This document shows, in pieces, positions 1 to 12,089 of a stretch of 64,000 bases of DNA (the stretch's first letter is position 1; every line of letters begins with the position of its first letter). This DNA comes from Spirogloea muscicola (lineage: Eukaryota): assembly GCA_009602725.1 (NCBI GenBank), contig WELB01000014.1, forward strand, positions 713,002 to 777,001, in the 5' to 3' direction. The notes under the pieces are model-generated. The model was not told where the DNA came from. It saw only the letters and a program-made list of their open reading frames with translations, and did no database searches. Both the position numbers and the translations under genes were made by a program.

Positions 1-35
<35 letters not shown>

Positions 36-282
36 TCCGCAGGGTGGTGGGATGTATGGCGGGGGGCCCATGGGCGGCATGGGCGGCATGAGAGGGCCGC
101 CTCCAGGCCCCATGGGCCCTGGCGGGCACATGGGCGGCCCGCACCCCGGCATGATGGGCGGGCCGCCTCCAGGCAGCCAGTTTGGCGGGCCGCCGCAGGG
201 GCCGCCGTATGGCCATGGCCAGTACGGCATGGGCCCCCCTGGCGGCGGCCCCTATGGGCACGGCCATCAAGGGTTCATGTGA
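1..282 (+). CDS. 3' end of a Gly/Pro/Met-rich low-complexity protein (partial, function unknown)
   Basis: Open frame from the window edge with (GGC)n and GPPPG/GGPMG repeats, ending in TGA at 280-282. No domain recognisable. Confidence 0.55.
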
Positions 283-1084
283 CACGGCGCTTCCTTACGC
301 ACTCGCTTGCGCGCGTCCCAGAATCCTCAGTCCAAGCCTCGCAGCCTTAGTTTGACCATCTCAACCTGTTATTTCCATATGCCTGATCCGCTTCAGCAGA
401 GCAATTTCCCAATCCCACCTAACCGTTTTTCCAGATTCTCACTTTGTGCGCTGTCCCCAAGCACTATCCTTAAGAGCAGGCCCCGTGAATCTGCCTTCGA
501 CCGCTGACTTTTGTACGCTCTTTCCTTTTTCAGCACCCAAGCGCTTAACTCATGAGCACCATAGCTTCACAAACTATCTCGGCACACGATTTTGGCCGCA
601 GTAGTCTTGTGATTCCTGCGAGCCCAAGTGGTGGATCTCAGGCAGGCTCAGATGAAGCCGTAGGCGTGGCCCTCTGACAAGCCCTGCCCCCTCCTCCTCC
701 TTCATGACCCCGTCTCTGTGCAACCACGAAAACATCCCATCTTCTCCCCTAACCGATCCTTCTCTCTCTTGGGCTACCTTTCCGCAGCCAGTGCACCCAG
801 CAGAGATTAATCAGATCTTAGATACATGTATCTTTACATGGCCATCCTTGTGAGGGTCTTCCTTGATAACATACAAAGCAGTTCAGTTGAAAATCATGCA
901 GGCTGGTATGACAACAACTCTTGCCTCCCGGCAACCTGCATAAATTCTGGCCTGCTCGAATAATTTGATATCTTGCTGCACAATTTTCTGACTATACTGT
1001 CCAGTGTGAGAGAACAAAAACAGCGCCCCAAGCTCGTGGGAAGTCAATGGGGCACCTCATGCCATACATGGATGGCATGTACAG

Positions 1085-3374
1085 TCAATGATTCCTAGCG
1101 GGTGAGGACAGTGTTCTCTTGGCTCTGGCCCTGGACCTCTGCCATTTCAAGAATATTTGCATGCTGAGGCCAGCGAAGACCATGAAGACTCCTCCCCATT
1201 GCTCGACTGCCAATGGGCTTCCGGTCCACACGGCCGATATAAGGATGCTCATGAACTTGCGAGTGGTAGTGATGGTTGTGTTAGTTAAGGCGCCAAAGGT
1301 GTTGATCGTCAGAAATATGAAGTTCTGGCCAACTGCGCCACAAAGGCAGAAGAGGATAATGTCAAAAGCTGCCTCCCTGTGGGCGAAGCAGAAGTCCCAT
1401 GCCTCGAAGCCACCGCCCCATGGAGTATGAACATGAAGAAAAACATGTAGATCGTACTCCAGAAATTCATGCCCATCATAAGGGAGTACACGCTTGTCTT
1501 GGGGTGCCTGTATGTAGGACGAAAAATTTTAGTCGCACCTTCAGATTCCTACACTAAGACACGCAGTGCCTATCAGCAGTACAGGATCAAAAGCTTGGAG
1601 GAAAGGACCTCATGCATCATACTGGAGATGAGATATATAGATGCAGGATAGCATGAGTGACCCTTAGTCAAGCACACCCGCGGGCACCTCTCTGTGATAG
1701 AATCTTGTGTTGCATTGGTGAATCCGTCCAAGCCCAGGTTGAGGAAGCACATCAAATAACCAAGGGGTGCGTTGGGGTGGGCTAACTTCTTGGCAGCTTT
1801 GGCAGAGCTCTGGGTGTGCCAAGTCCATCAGACGTCAGGCATTGCATACTTACTCAGACGCCGACATTGCAACTGGCAAGTTTGTCAAGCCCACGAGGAG
1901 AGCTGATGGCCAGCAAAAGGACAACCAAGGAGACTTGTAACACATACTAATGCAGCTGCAGACTGCAGCAGCCAGATGTCATAGATTGTGCAGTTTGTGC
2001 ATTGACCTTGAACAGTGCAAAAAGTGAGACGCCCCCTGCCACGAGGATGGTGCACACATACTCGGGCACAGTATAGTGCACCCGGTAAAGCATCGCGCCC
2101 ATCAACATAACAGGGATCATCTTGGACGACTTGGCAAGCACCTGGCATGCCAAGGGAACAAGCCACCAGTAAGTAGAGCAGCCGGAGTACAAGACTCCTG
2201 GCAACTGTACGAAGAAAGTCAGACCAACGTGATGACCAACAACCCCAACGGCGATGCTGAGAAGTTTGATTTCGTGACATGACATGGCCATCTTGAAGCT
2301 GGCCTTCCTGAGACTGTTAGAGTATTTGTTGTGCAGAATATAACCAATGACAGAGATCAAGATGACTACAGATGGCAGACTTTTCCTACGGGGAATTGTC
2401 TGATACATCATGCGAGCATTGCAGAATGGAGGACTACTGCAGGAGCTCTGTCCACTTGGTAAGCCTTGCACTAGCTTGCCACAACTTGTCTTGTCAGATG
2501 CAATGGCTGAGAAGGTCATCATCCAAGCCGAAGGCCAATCTCAAAAAGTGCTATTACTACTATGCAGAAAGCTGCAGGAGGTCTAAGCAGCTTACTTGTG
2601 CCGGGTAGCTGATGTACTTGAGCGCCTCAATGCCCAGCGCTGGTCCGATGGTGTTGCTTACGCTAGCAGTGGCGTAGACCCAGATGGGCGGCTGCGATTG
2701 GTCCATTGGCACGAAGCAGAGCAGCACTGCGTTGAGACAGTCATCATGTCAACTCAGCATGGACTGGTAACAGCAGTGCAGGTTGGCAGTTAGTGAATGC
2801 TCGCAGGTTCATTGTGCATAGCGGTCTCAAAGCGCAGGTCCTTTATGGTGAGCCCTGAACCCTCGAACCCCAGACCCCATAGACCCAACTTCTGCGTCGA
2901 GTTGGTCAAGGCCGGCGGCTCACTCAGCGACGCCCAGGTGAAGCAGACCACGTTCTGGGCGAGGTTGAGGAACGTGAGGTGCTCAAAGCGCTGCTGCTCG
3001 GGCCCAAACTTCTTGGTGGACCTGCCGCAGTGGGCGATCGGTGGCATCCGGGGCAGGCGAGGCGCCATCAGTGAACAGCCTTCGGAAGACATTAGTGCAC
3101 GGAATGGTAAGCAGTGGTGATTCGCCCGACTTGGAGGACAGAGGGCACTAAAAGCATTGAGCGGCGCCGTCCTCGCAGTGCAGCTGGCAGCCGAGGGGCC
3201 ATGGCCGAGAGCGACATTGCCGCGGCGGCGGCGGCGGCGGCGGGTGCGGGCGCCTCACAGGTTTTCCTGGACGACGCCCTGGGTAAGGTAGGACGCCCAG
3301 ATGCCGGCGACGCAGAAGAGGAGCAGCGCCGCCTGCCGGCCCTGCCGCCCGGGCTTGTGCGCCAGTGCCGCCAT
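1085..3374 (-). CDS. UTR3: UDP-galactose/UDP-glucose transporter (SLC35B1/UTR1-UTR3 family), 6 exons, apparent 1-nt frameshift in last exon
   Basis: Exons give MAALAHK..CVAGIWASYLTQGVVQENL / STKKFGPEQQRFEHLTFLNLAQN / SNTIGPALGIEALKYISYPAQ / VLAKSSKMIPVMLMG / NLGLDGFTNATQDSI / ..CGAVGQNFIFLTINTFGALTNTTITTTRKF, with GT-AG junctions. The frame breaks at about 1422. Confidence 0.9.
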
Positions 3375-3689
3375 GCCGCCGCCGCCGGCCTCCGCGGAGC
3401 CGCCGCCGGCNCACCGTCGCCGCCGCCACCGCGAACGCCGCCGCCGCCGCAGCCGCCGTCGCCGACGCCGTCGCCGCCGGAGGCCGCCGCGGGGATGCAG
3501 GCAGCAGCTCGCTGCCAGAGCTCTGGGCCTCGAGCCGGTCCCGTTAGGACTAACAGCGGCGGTTTGCGGAGACACAGATCACTTATGGCAGCGGCTGCGG
3601 GGTGCCCGCGACTGACGGGGATATGCCTTCGCGGCCCACCTGGCCGACGCCGTGGCTCGCTTCCCGGGGGGGCCCGGGAACTCGTGGTC

Positions 3690-4070
3690 GCGGCCAATGG
3701 ATCTCTGTTAGCGTGCCGGTTAGCAGCCCATTATGCTGTGCAGGGGGGCATGGTAGGTGACGCGCGTGCCGCCTCTCGGACGCCTCTGATTGGCCGGGCG
3801 ACCGCCTTGCTGGCATTTTCGTGTTGACGTGGGCCAATCAAGAGCCGGCTGGCGATATGTTGGATCCACGTAGGACTGATCACGTGGACTCCCGCCAGAA
3901 CTGGTGTTCGAACCTCGGCTGCCACACGGATTATCGTCGGACAGGGGCCGCCGCCGTCGCCGCCGCCGCCGGTGGCGGCGGCGGCGGAGACGTCTTGTCC
4001 GTGGCTGGATTCAGAGCCCTCAGACGGCGCGAATCAAAGCTGGCGGACCGTCGGCGGCTCACCAATCGTC
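3690..4070. promoter_or_regulatory. Divergent promoter between UTR3 and PRIMPOL with CCAAT boxes and an E2F-like site
   Basis: CCAAT/ATTGG near 3694, 3789, 3834 and 4062; ACGTG cores near 3827 and 3881; GCGCGAAT at 4027-4034, whose reverse complement ATTCGCGC fits the plant E2F consensus WTTSSCSS. Confidence 0.4.
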
Positions 4071-4167
4071 CTCTGGCGGAGGCGTGGGCACCTCGTGGCG
4101 CGTGCTTGGCAACGCTTGCCGTGCTTGGTTGCTCCACATTGCCACGACGGGGACCAAGCTAGAGCCG

Positions 4168-7100
4168 ATGAGCGAAAAGAAGTGTTGCCGCGTGCTGGCA
4201 AAGCCAAGGCCGTCGGGGGACGCGGCGCAGCTCCTGCGATGCTACATCAGGGGCCGGAAGGACGGCCGACCAGCAGGAGCCAGTGAGTGCTCGTTTGTGA
4301 GGAACTTGCACTGATGACTGCGTGCAATAGAGCTTCCAACAGGAACCGCTGCAGACGACCCCTCAGCCGGCTCAATCTCCAGTTGCTGAGCTCCGACCCT
4401 GACCGCGTCGTTACTGTGAGTGCCGCCGCTGAGGGGGCCTCGTCCTGCAGACTGATCATATCTTGTGTCAATGCTGATCTGCGCCTCCGCAGGGAATACC
4501 ACACAGGAGCAGGCGTTGGCTGAGCTGACGAGGAGAAGAAAGCACACCAAAAAACCCATATCTCAGCTGAGGACTCCCAAGGGTGATGATTCTTGTGATC
4601 AGCCAAATCTAGCAGACCTGGGACCTGATGCACCTGAAGCAGATTGGTCAGGCCGTGACGACGACGCCAGCAGAGATTGCAAACGTTCTCATCAAGAGCT
4701 TGAGCAGACAGGACCTTGCACTCAAGCTGAGATAGCTGAAAGCTTGTCAACTGTAGCCGAGGCAAGAACTGTCATCATGGCACCACAAGCTTTCTATGGA
4801 GCTGGACGGAGGATCTCTGCCACCAGCTGCGGCGCAAACTTTGCACGGCTTCTTCGAGAAATCAGACTGAACGTGCGCACCATGCAGAAGATAACACCAA
4901 GGTAGAGTGCTTTCACTGCTTGATGTGACAAAGCCCTCCTTAACTCCGCACCTCCTTCTGCTGATATGTCCTGCTATTACACTTGTTGATAACATCCTGG
5001 ATCTTGATGACGGGGTGGCACAGTGAAGTGGTCTGGACAACCTTTCCTCGCCAGGAGATGGCAATCGCTTTCGCGGACAACCATGCCAACAACAGTGAGG
5101 GCTCCCCTTTAGCAGTCTTCACATACCAGGGTCATGCAACAGGACAACGCAGATTTCTTGTCACCACCTACCAGGAGTTTTCAAGGAGGTACTGCATCAG
5201 TCCTTCTGCAGCTGCTACATGGACTCACTTGCCAAATGGGTCAACCAGGACAGTCCATCTTAGAATTGTCCATTGACAATGTACTTCTTTGCAGGGACCA
5301 TGGCAGTCGTTGTGCTGAAGGAGTTGCCTGAGTGTGGAGTCAGTATATATCATCAATGATACTGCTTGATTGTAATGACAGGTACTTTTTGATGGATCCT
5401 GCACACCGCCACCACTATGAGATCATTCGAGAGGTATGTGAATGACAATGTACTCCTACAAAAGTAGAAGCTCTACTGGGTTGCTTCAGAATAAAACCTG
5501 ATACTGATGGTGCTACCCTTCAATCAGTATCCAGCTTGTAACTTTTACAAGTAGTGTCAAGAGCATGGCTCCAAGTTGGTTAGAGGTGGTGAAGCTAGCC
5601 ATCATACATGCAGCACCTGAAATGTTGCTGAAGTTTCAACTTGCTGCTACAGGGGTTCCCATGTCACCTCTACTATGACTTGGAATTCTGTCGGGCATGC
5701 AACCCGGATGCTGATGAGTCCAGTATGGTGGTTGACCTGCTGGATTTAACAAGAGAATACCTCACAGAAGCTCATGGACTGGAGTGTGGAATGGACAATG
5801 TTGCAGTTGAGCTTGACTCGTCCACCCAAGGTGATCTGTTAAGCATGCCCTCTCTACAGATCTTTGAAATGGTATCTTAGAGCACATGTCCCGGTTTGTA
5901 GGCATGAATATGCTCAATACCTCAGTGTCGCTGCAGTGCTCCACCAAATAAGTACTCTACATACTGTGTGCACATTCTGTGGGGTTGTCACTACACTCTT
6001 CACGGTGAAGATGTCATGCCAGCCTAACCTTGGTTGGTTCGACAGAGAAGTTCTCTCGACATCTCATTATCCACTTACCTGATGCGTCATTCAAGAGCAA
6101 TTTTCATGTTGGTCACTTCGTGAAGCAGGTCAGAACAATGATCGTTCTGATTCTTGAGGGACAGATCTGCAGAGTGCAGTAAATGGTCACAGCAGTGCAC
6201 TCCTTATGACAAAGGAGAGAGAGGTTGACTTTATAGTCACTCACATGAAATCCATCTGCTACAACAGATGGTGCAAAGGATACACCACAATCGCACACTC
6301 GACCCTCGTTGTGAGAGGCTTTTTGTGTGGACAGAGGAAACAAAAGCAGCTCATCAGCCCACCTCGCTTTTTGTGGACTTGGCTGGTAAACATATTCTGG
6401 CCTCGTTGAGATAGAGAAGCAATAGCAAAACGAGAACAGACTTACATGTGATGCCAGCACTTCAAAAGAATCATGTGAAGGCATGGACGTTTTCTAGTCT
6501 GAAAGTGAGCCTCTGCAGTATACTCGCGCAACAGGAGCTTTCGACTCGCGTATTCAAGCAAAGCTGGAAAGAAAGCTGTACTTATACCCACAAGGAGATA
6601 CAAGTGCTGCAAACTGGTAAGCATCAGATATAAGCAAAACTTTGGGACCAGTCAGCACAACCATGTACCATTTCATTGCAGATAGAAAGGTTCAGGCCAC
6701 ATAAGCTGGTGATCTTGGTGCCATTACACAACGATCAACTATTTGGTATGTGCAGACAGATCTGGAAGTACTGGCTGCCTCTTTCATCTGTCAAGTCAAC
6801 AAGTCAGAAGGCGCGAGATCACTTACCTCTGCGACAGCTGTAAGTTATAAACCTGCTCCAAGGCTGCCAGGCCCTGGAACCTCAGAAGCACCCTAGCTTG
6901 TGTCAGTTCAGGTGATGGCTTACTTCTGAGATGGGGCCTCCTTCGTTCTGGATGGTATGAGAAGAAGCTTGGCTAAAGCTGACTTGCCCTGTGGCTTCCA
7001 CTCACAATCAGGAAGACAATCAATTGGACGTGCCCAGTAGAGCAAGTTCGTCACTGAGAGGCACCAGGACTGTGGCTTCAAGTGGCTATAGTGCTTCGCC

Positions 7101-8077
7101 ATTCCCATTGATAGATTCTTTCATTGAGAAGATGGCTTATAGTGGAGGCATACAAGGTAAATATTGGCACCATCGGTGGGCTATTATAGGACCACTTCAT
7201 TTTACTGATCCACACTGCTGAGAGACTCTTCAAAATCTTTGATTGAGAAAGCTAGTTCATTATGCTTGTGTAACAGTAAGGCAAGCTTATCTGCTGACTT
7301 GGCAGTTGACCTGCGTTTCTCTTTGCAGGCAAAATACAAAGCTGGCATTGGTTCGCAGATTGTAATGTAATGGTGTACAATATGTGTCAGAATCGCTTTT
7401 GCGAGAATATCAATCGTCCTCACAAGAGCAACAATGGTAAGATGCATCGAAGATATACTACTGTCGGGATCATTGTAAGAATAGTTGTGCAGCTCATTTC
7501 TCGGCCATCTGACAACGGCCACAAAAAGCTCTAAGTATAAGTAGGCACGGCTCTGACAAGTATCCACTGGTGTACGGTGCAGTCATGTATGTTGTGGACT
7601 TCCGGATGGCAGGATACTACCAAAGATGCCATGATCCTGATTGTCAAGGTTAGTGGCTGTTATCTAATCAGCCAGGTGACTATAGATCTTAAACAACTTG
7701 CAAGAATCCTGATCAAGAGTACAGCCGTTTGTGCAGGTTTCAGGTCAGACGTGCGACCACTCCCTCGTTGCATCATACCTCCCCATCTCCCATTTTCACA
7801 AGCCCCACATGAGCCTGCTTCTTCCGAAGTACCTGCACAGTTATTGGCCTTAAATAACGTTAGTCCTGGCGTACTGTTGCTCAGTAGTTCTTGTGCTGAA
7901 GAGAGGAACTCTTCAATCCCAACAACTTCTGAGGCTGCAAGCCATTCTAAACTGGGACGTAGCACGCGACAATATGAGCTTGAGAACAATGATAACGAAT
8001 GGTGGCAGCAAGTTGCCAGCCTAGTAAATGAGGTGGAGTGCAAGTCCATCTCAAGACCTACACTTATACCTATTTGA
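4168..8077 (+). CDS. PRIMPOL: DNA-directed primase/polymerase PrimPol (13 exons as reconstructed)
   Basis: AEP motifs HHYEIIREGFPCHLYYDLEF (DxE), DSSTQEKFSRH (SxH) and FVDLAVYSRNRSFRL; C-terminal Zn finger RFCENINRPHKSNNVMY..YQRCHDPDC. All junctions splice in frame. Confidence 0.93.
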
Positions 8078-8958
8078 TAGATTAGCTAAGGTTTTGTTAT
8101 TTACTTAGACTAATAGTATTTATTGATTGCTAAGTGCTAAGTAGCTCTCTCACTTCTGTGAGCAAGCTATTGAGGTATTTTCGAATTGTACACTCATTGT
8201 ATGCTCGTGAGCTGCAACACGTGGGATGGAAGGCGTTCATTGCAATGTCACATGCAATGCTAAATGCAATGCCTACCCACAGTATGCTCATGTTTCTCCA
8301 TGCATTACTATCCCTCGGTTTAGAACAGTACCAGCATATCCGTAGTGGATACCCATGTATTCGTGGACTATTTCTCAAATAAAGTCACGAGGACGACCAG
8401 TAAGACAGCATCGTCATGCCAAATGGAAGAGGAGGCAGCCATCCCCCCTGCCAAGTGGTCGGAGCAGTACCAAAGCAGCCAGCAGGCAAAGGAAGCTATC
8501 TGGCCTGACTGCTACAAAGTGGGTCGCAGGGCTCCTGGCTGGAGCTAAAATGTTGCTTTTCAAGAGCTGGCAAACATCTAGCTGTATCTCTCATATGATG
8601 GTCGCGGTTCTCTTCGTGAGCCGCGACCACCACCGCTTCTCTCCTTCCCCACTTCTGCTAGTCTTGTCGTAATTACTTGTCCAGATCTGGACCTCTGATG
8701 TTTCTTGACATTGCAAGATATTAACACTTGACGATGTTGGCAGCTTATCGAATTGCCTTCATTCTTAGCCTGGCCAATGCGACAAATTTCCTATTCAGTT
8801 TGTGTGTCACTAGTCTGCATACGTCAGCATTTGCCTCTATGTAGACTCATCAACGCCATCTAGCTACCGACACCCTCGCCCATGACAAAACACAATTTCT
8901 TCAATATTCACTCTGGCCCCCGCCGCGCCTCCCACTCATGACTCGCGTTGCCGTCAGC

Positions 8959-9648
8959 GCTTTAGCGCGAGGGCTGTGAAATATGATACAGCTTTAGCGC
9001 GGGCAACCGCAGAGCCAAGAGCCAAGAAGAAGTTGGTCGCTCATAGAAATTGCTCGCCCACAGAGGGAAGGGGCTGGGAAAAGCCAGCCCAAAAAGAATG
9101 GACAAGGTCCAAAGAGCCGAAGTGGTGCCGAAACCACACAGCTAGACACTACAGGACCGCAGATGGAAGCTCAGTACCCACGAGTGAGCAGCAGCAAGTC
9201 CGAGTAACTCGCAGCTGGGAATTCACAATAACGCAGCGCCATACGAGAAGTATCGTGTATTTAAATCAAACAAAGGCCGAATGTCCGAGTACAAAGGCAA
9301 GCACACCTAAAGACGGACATCACCTACAGCAGATTGACCCGCTCAGTAACCACGGGTCAATACATAAAGGTCGCTTATTGATGCCTGATTACTAGGATGG
9401 CAGATTCGAAATAGAGAAGAGGCGCCATAGAGGCGCCATAGAGAAGATGGGCCGGGAAAGGCCAGCCCAAACAGACTCACGAGTGAGCAGCAAGGAAGCC
9501 AAGAGATTCAGAAAGCGCGGCCGGATTGACTGGTGGCTGCGAGAGGCCAGCCCAAACGGAATGAACAAGGTCTGAAGGAGCCGGATGGTAAGGTACTCTT
9601 AAGTGCTACAGGCCAAGAAAGCCACCCGGAACCGCAGAGCCAAGAGCC
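8959..9648 (-). mobile_element. Cluster I of nested 5'-truncated RLE non-LTR retroelement ends
   Basis: Minus strand of 9251-9400 encodes SDLYVLTRGY* plus the same 3' UTR as the 41546 element. Three GGCTG..CAGCCC hairpin motifs. Nested direct repeats at 9005-9023/9630-9648, 9179-9193/9478-9492 and 9236-9250/9433-9446. Confidence 0.8.
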
Positions 9649-9975
9649 GTCCGATCTATCAACACTGCTGCATCCTGACCGTCATGACGAGGGCCCGCCG
9701 GCACCGTCCGGTGCCAGGCCGCGCATCGCCGCCGTCCAATGGGTCTCGGGTGGGGACTAGGGCATGGCCCCTCCGCCACTTGCCCTAAACCCCGGGACGC
9801 CCCCCTTCACTCCGGGCGACGCTGAGAAGCCCTTCCCCACAGCCGCTGCCGCCGCCGCCTCCTCCGCGGCCGGCGCCGCCGCCGTCGCCGCGGCCAGCGG
9901 CGCCTCCGTCGCACCGCCGGCGACTCCGCTGCTGGTGCGCGCGGGGCGGCTGCCTGTCCAGGCGCCGGCGGAGCC

Positions 9976-11232
9976 ATGGTGAGCCGGTCTCGGTCTCGCC
10001 CCGGAAAGCTGCTCTTGCGTCGGCCAGTCGGCGACGGCGCCGTCGTGGTGGACGACGCCGGGCGGGGGCTGTTCCTGCGCCCGCTCTGCTGGCCTCGCTC
10101 CGTGGAGCTCGTGGAGCTCGCGGAGCTCCGGGCGTCTCGAACCGGGGGGGCCTTGGGGGCGTCCTGCTTGCGTCGGGCTCGGGGCGTTGCTGTTGGGGCA
10201 TAACCGTCTGCTAGGCCTCGAGCAGTCAGTCCTTGGCAGAATGCTGCTCATGGCTGCCCGTGTCCGCTGCCCCGGAGCTTAAAACCTGACTCCCTGCCGA
10301 TATCCTCCGCCCTTCGGCCGTAGGTGAAGTATGCGAGGGAGCCCGACAATGCGACCAAGTGTATGCCCCTCCCGCCTCGCCCTCCTGCTCCGCAGCCCTC
10401 AGTTGGAATTGCTTGCGTCGACTAGTTCCTGGCAGTCGTGCATCGCCAGCCACTTAAATCTGATGCGCAATGTCTGCTACTTTGCTGGCGCCTGCAGCAT
10501 GCAAGGCGCGGGGTTCGGATCTGCGTGTCCACTTCAAGGTCAGGCAACTGGCGTTGCCCGGCCTCCTCGGGCATTGGCTGTTGTCATCAGAATGTCAAGT
10601 GGGATGGAATGGGAAATTGCAAAGCCCAAGGAGCTCATCTCCTCAAGCACACTTGGATGGTCTGTGTTTTTGCACGCTGCAGAATACACGAGAGGCAGCC
10701 ATGGCCATTAAGCGCATGGAGCTGGGCAAGGCCAAGCGTTTCCTGGAGGACGTTATGGCGCACAAGCAGGCGGTGCCCTTCCGCCGCTTCTGCGGTGGCG
10801 TCGGTAGGACCGCCCAGGCCAAGGCGAAGCACAGCAATGGCCAGGGCCGGTGGCCGGTCAAGTCGGCTGAGTTCCTCCTGGGGCTCCTCAAGAATGCTGA
10901 GAGCAATGCGGAGGTGAAGGGCCTGGACGTGGACACTCTGTTCATTCAGCACATTCAGGTGAATCAGGCGCAGAAGCAGCGGAGGCGGACATACCGAGCG
11001 CACGGGCGCATCAACCGTGAGATATCTGAGCCTGCTCCATTGTTGTGCTGTTAGAATACAAGACAAAGCCTTTGCCACCCAATGGTCATCTATGGTCGTA
11101 AGAGTCAGTGTGCACACACTGACGCATACCCCGCGGACTGATTGCAATTTCGCAGCTTACATGTCGTCCCCCTGCCACATCGAGCTTGTGCTCGCGGAGA
11201 AGGAAGCACCCGTCCGAAAAGAGATGGTTTGA
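9976..11232 (+). CDS. RPL17: 60S ribosomal protein L17 (uL22)
   Basis: ATG-only first exon (9976-9978|GTGAGC), then [13 protein letters not shown] / [13 protein letters not shown] / [31 protein letters not shown] / [13 protein letters not shown]. The 3' end is either TGA at 11230-11232 or a further short exon I could not identify. Confidence 0.95.
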
Positions 11233-12089
11233 CAAGCGATGTCATGATTCACTTTTGTGACATAGAGACACCCGTGCCTTCACCACTTCCATGCCTGATT
11301 GAACAGTCACTGAAATGACCATGAGGAATGGCGGTGCTGTCTAGTTTAAAACATAGCAGATCTGGTCAGTCAGCTGACATATGAGCTTCTCTTATGGGGC
11401 AAGTGCCCATGTGGTGCGTTGCATGAGGTCCCACTACTGCATGATGAGCAGACCACAGGCTTGACCGAGCCACTGGCAGAACCGTCCAAGCAGCTGTTGC
11501 ATGAGCGTCTCACAGAAGAGCAACTGCTTACGCGGTTTCTGCATATTGTCCCACTTACAGCATATTCACGGTGCACGGTTGTAACGCTGGAGCCTTTGCA
11601 TGGGGCCAGGTGCCGCAGCCATGCCAGCTCTCAAGCAGTCACTTTACCAGCTGTCACAACACAGAATTCATGCAACCTCGCGGCCCTCTTGGAACGCACC
11701 TCGGCGGTTCCAGGGGTTATTCAAAGCTAGCGGGCGAGAACAAGCGACCCCGTAAGGGGCGCTGTAGCAGAGCAAGGTGCACATTTCTTCGGCTCTTGAC
11801 CATATTAGTGGGGCTCGCTGCGCCGGCCTTCGCCGCCGCTGTCGGAGCCGCATCCGGCAGCAGCGGCCGACCCGGGCAGCCGCTGTCGCGGACTGCCGCC
11901 GCCGTCGCGACGGCGGCGGCGGCGGCCATGAGCGGCGCGCGGGCCCGGCGGGCGGCGCAGCCACCGTAGCCGTGGTCTGGCTGCCCGGGTGTGAGCTCCT
12001 GGAGGGGAGCCGCTTAAACCCTGGCCCTGCCCAAACCCTAGGTCGGGAGAAGCTCACAACCCTAGTCGGAGCCGAAGCTCTCGCTGCCC

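Noticed and set aside
9071..9553. CRISPR-like or ribozyme interpretation of the repeated hairpin
   Set aside because: Spacing is irregular, copies are dispersed in both orientations, there are no cas genes, and no hammerhead or HDV core was seen; better explained as retroelement 3' ends.
11241..11319. Possible box C/D snoRNA after the RPL17 exon (GTCAT..ATGAC stem, CTGA boxes, short possible LSU rRNA complementarity)
   Set aside because: Box C is imperfect (ATGATTC), and the guide is only about 11 nt with a wobble pair; not supportable without snoscan/Rfam.
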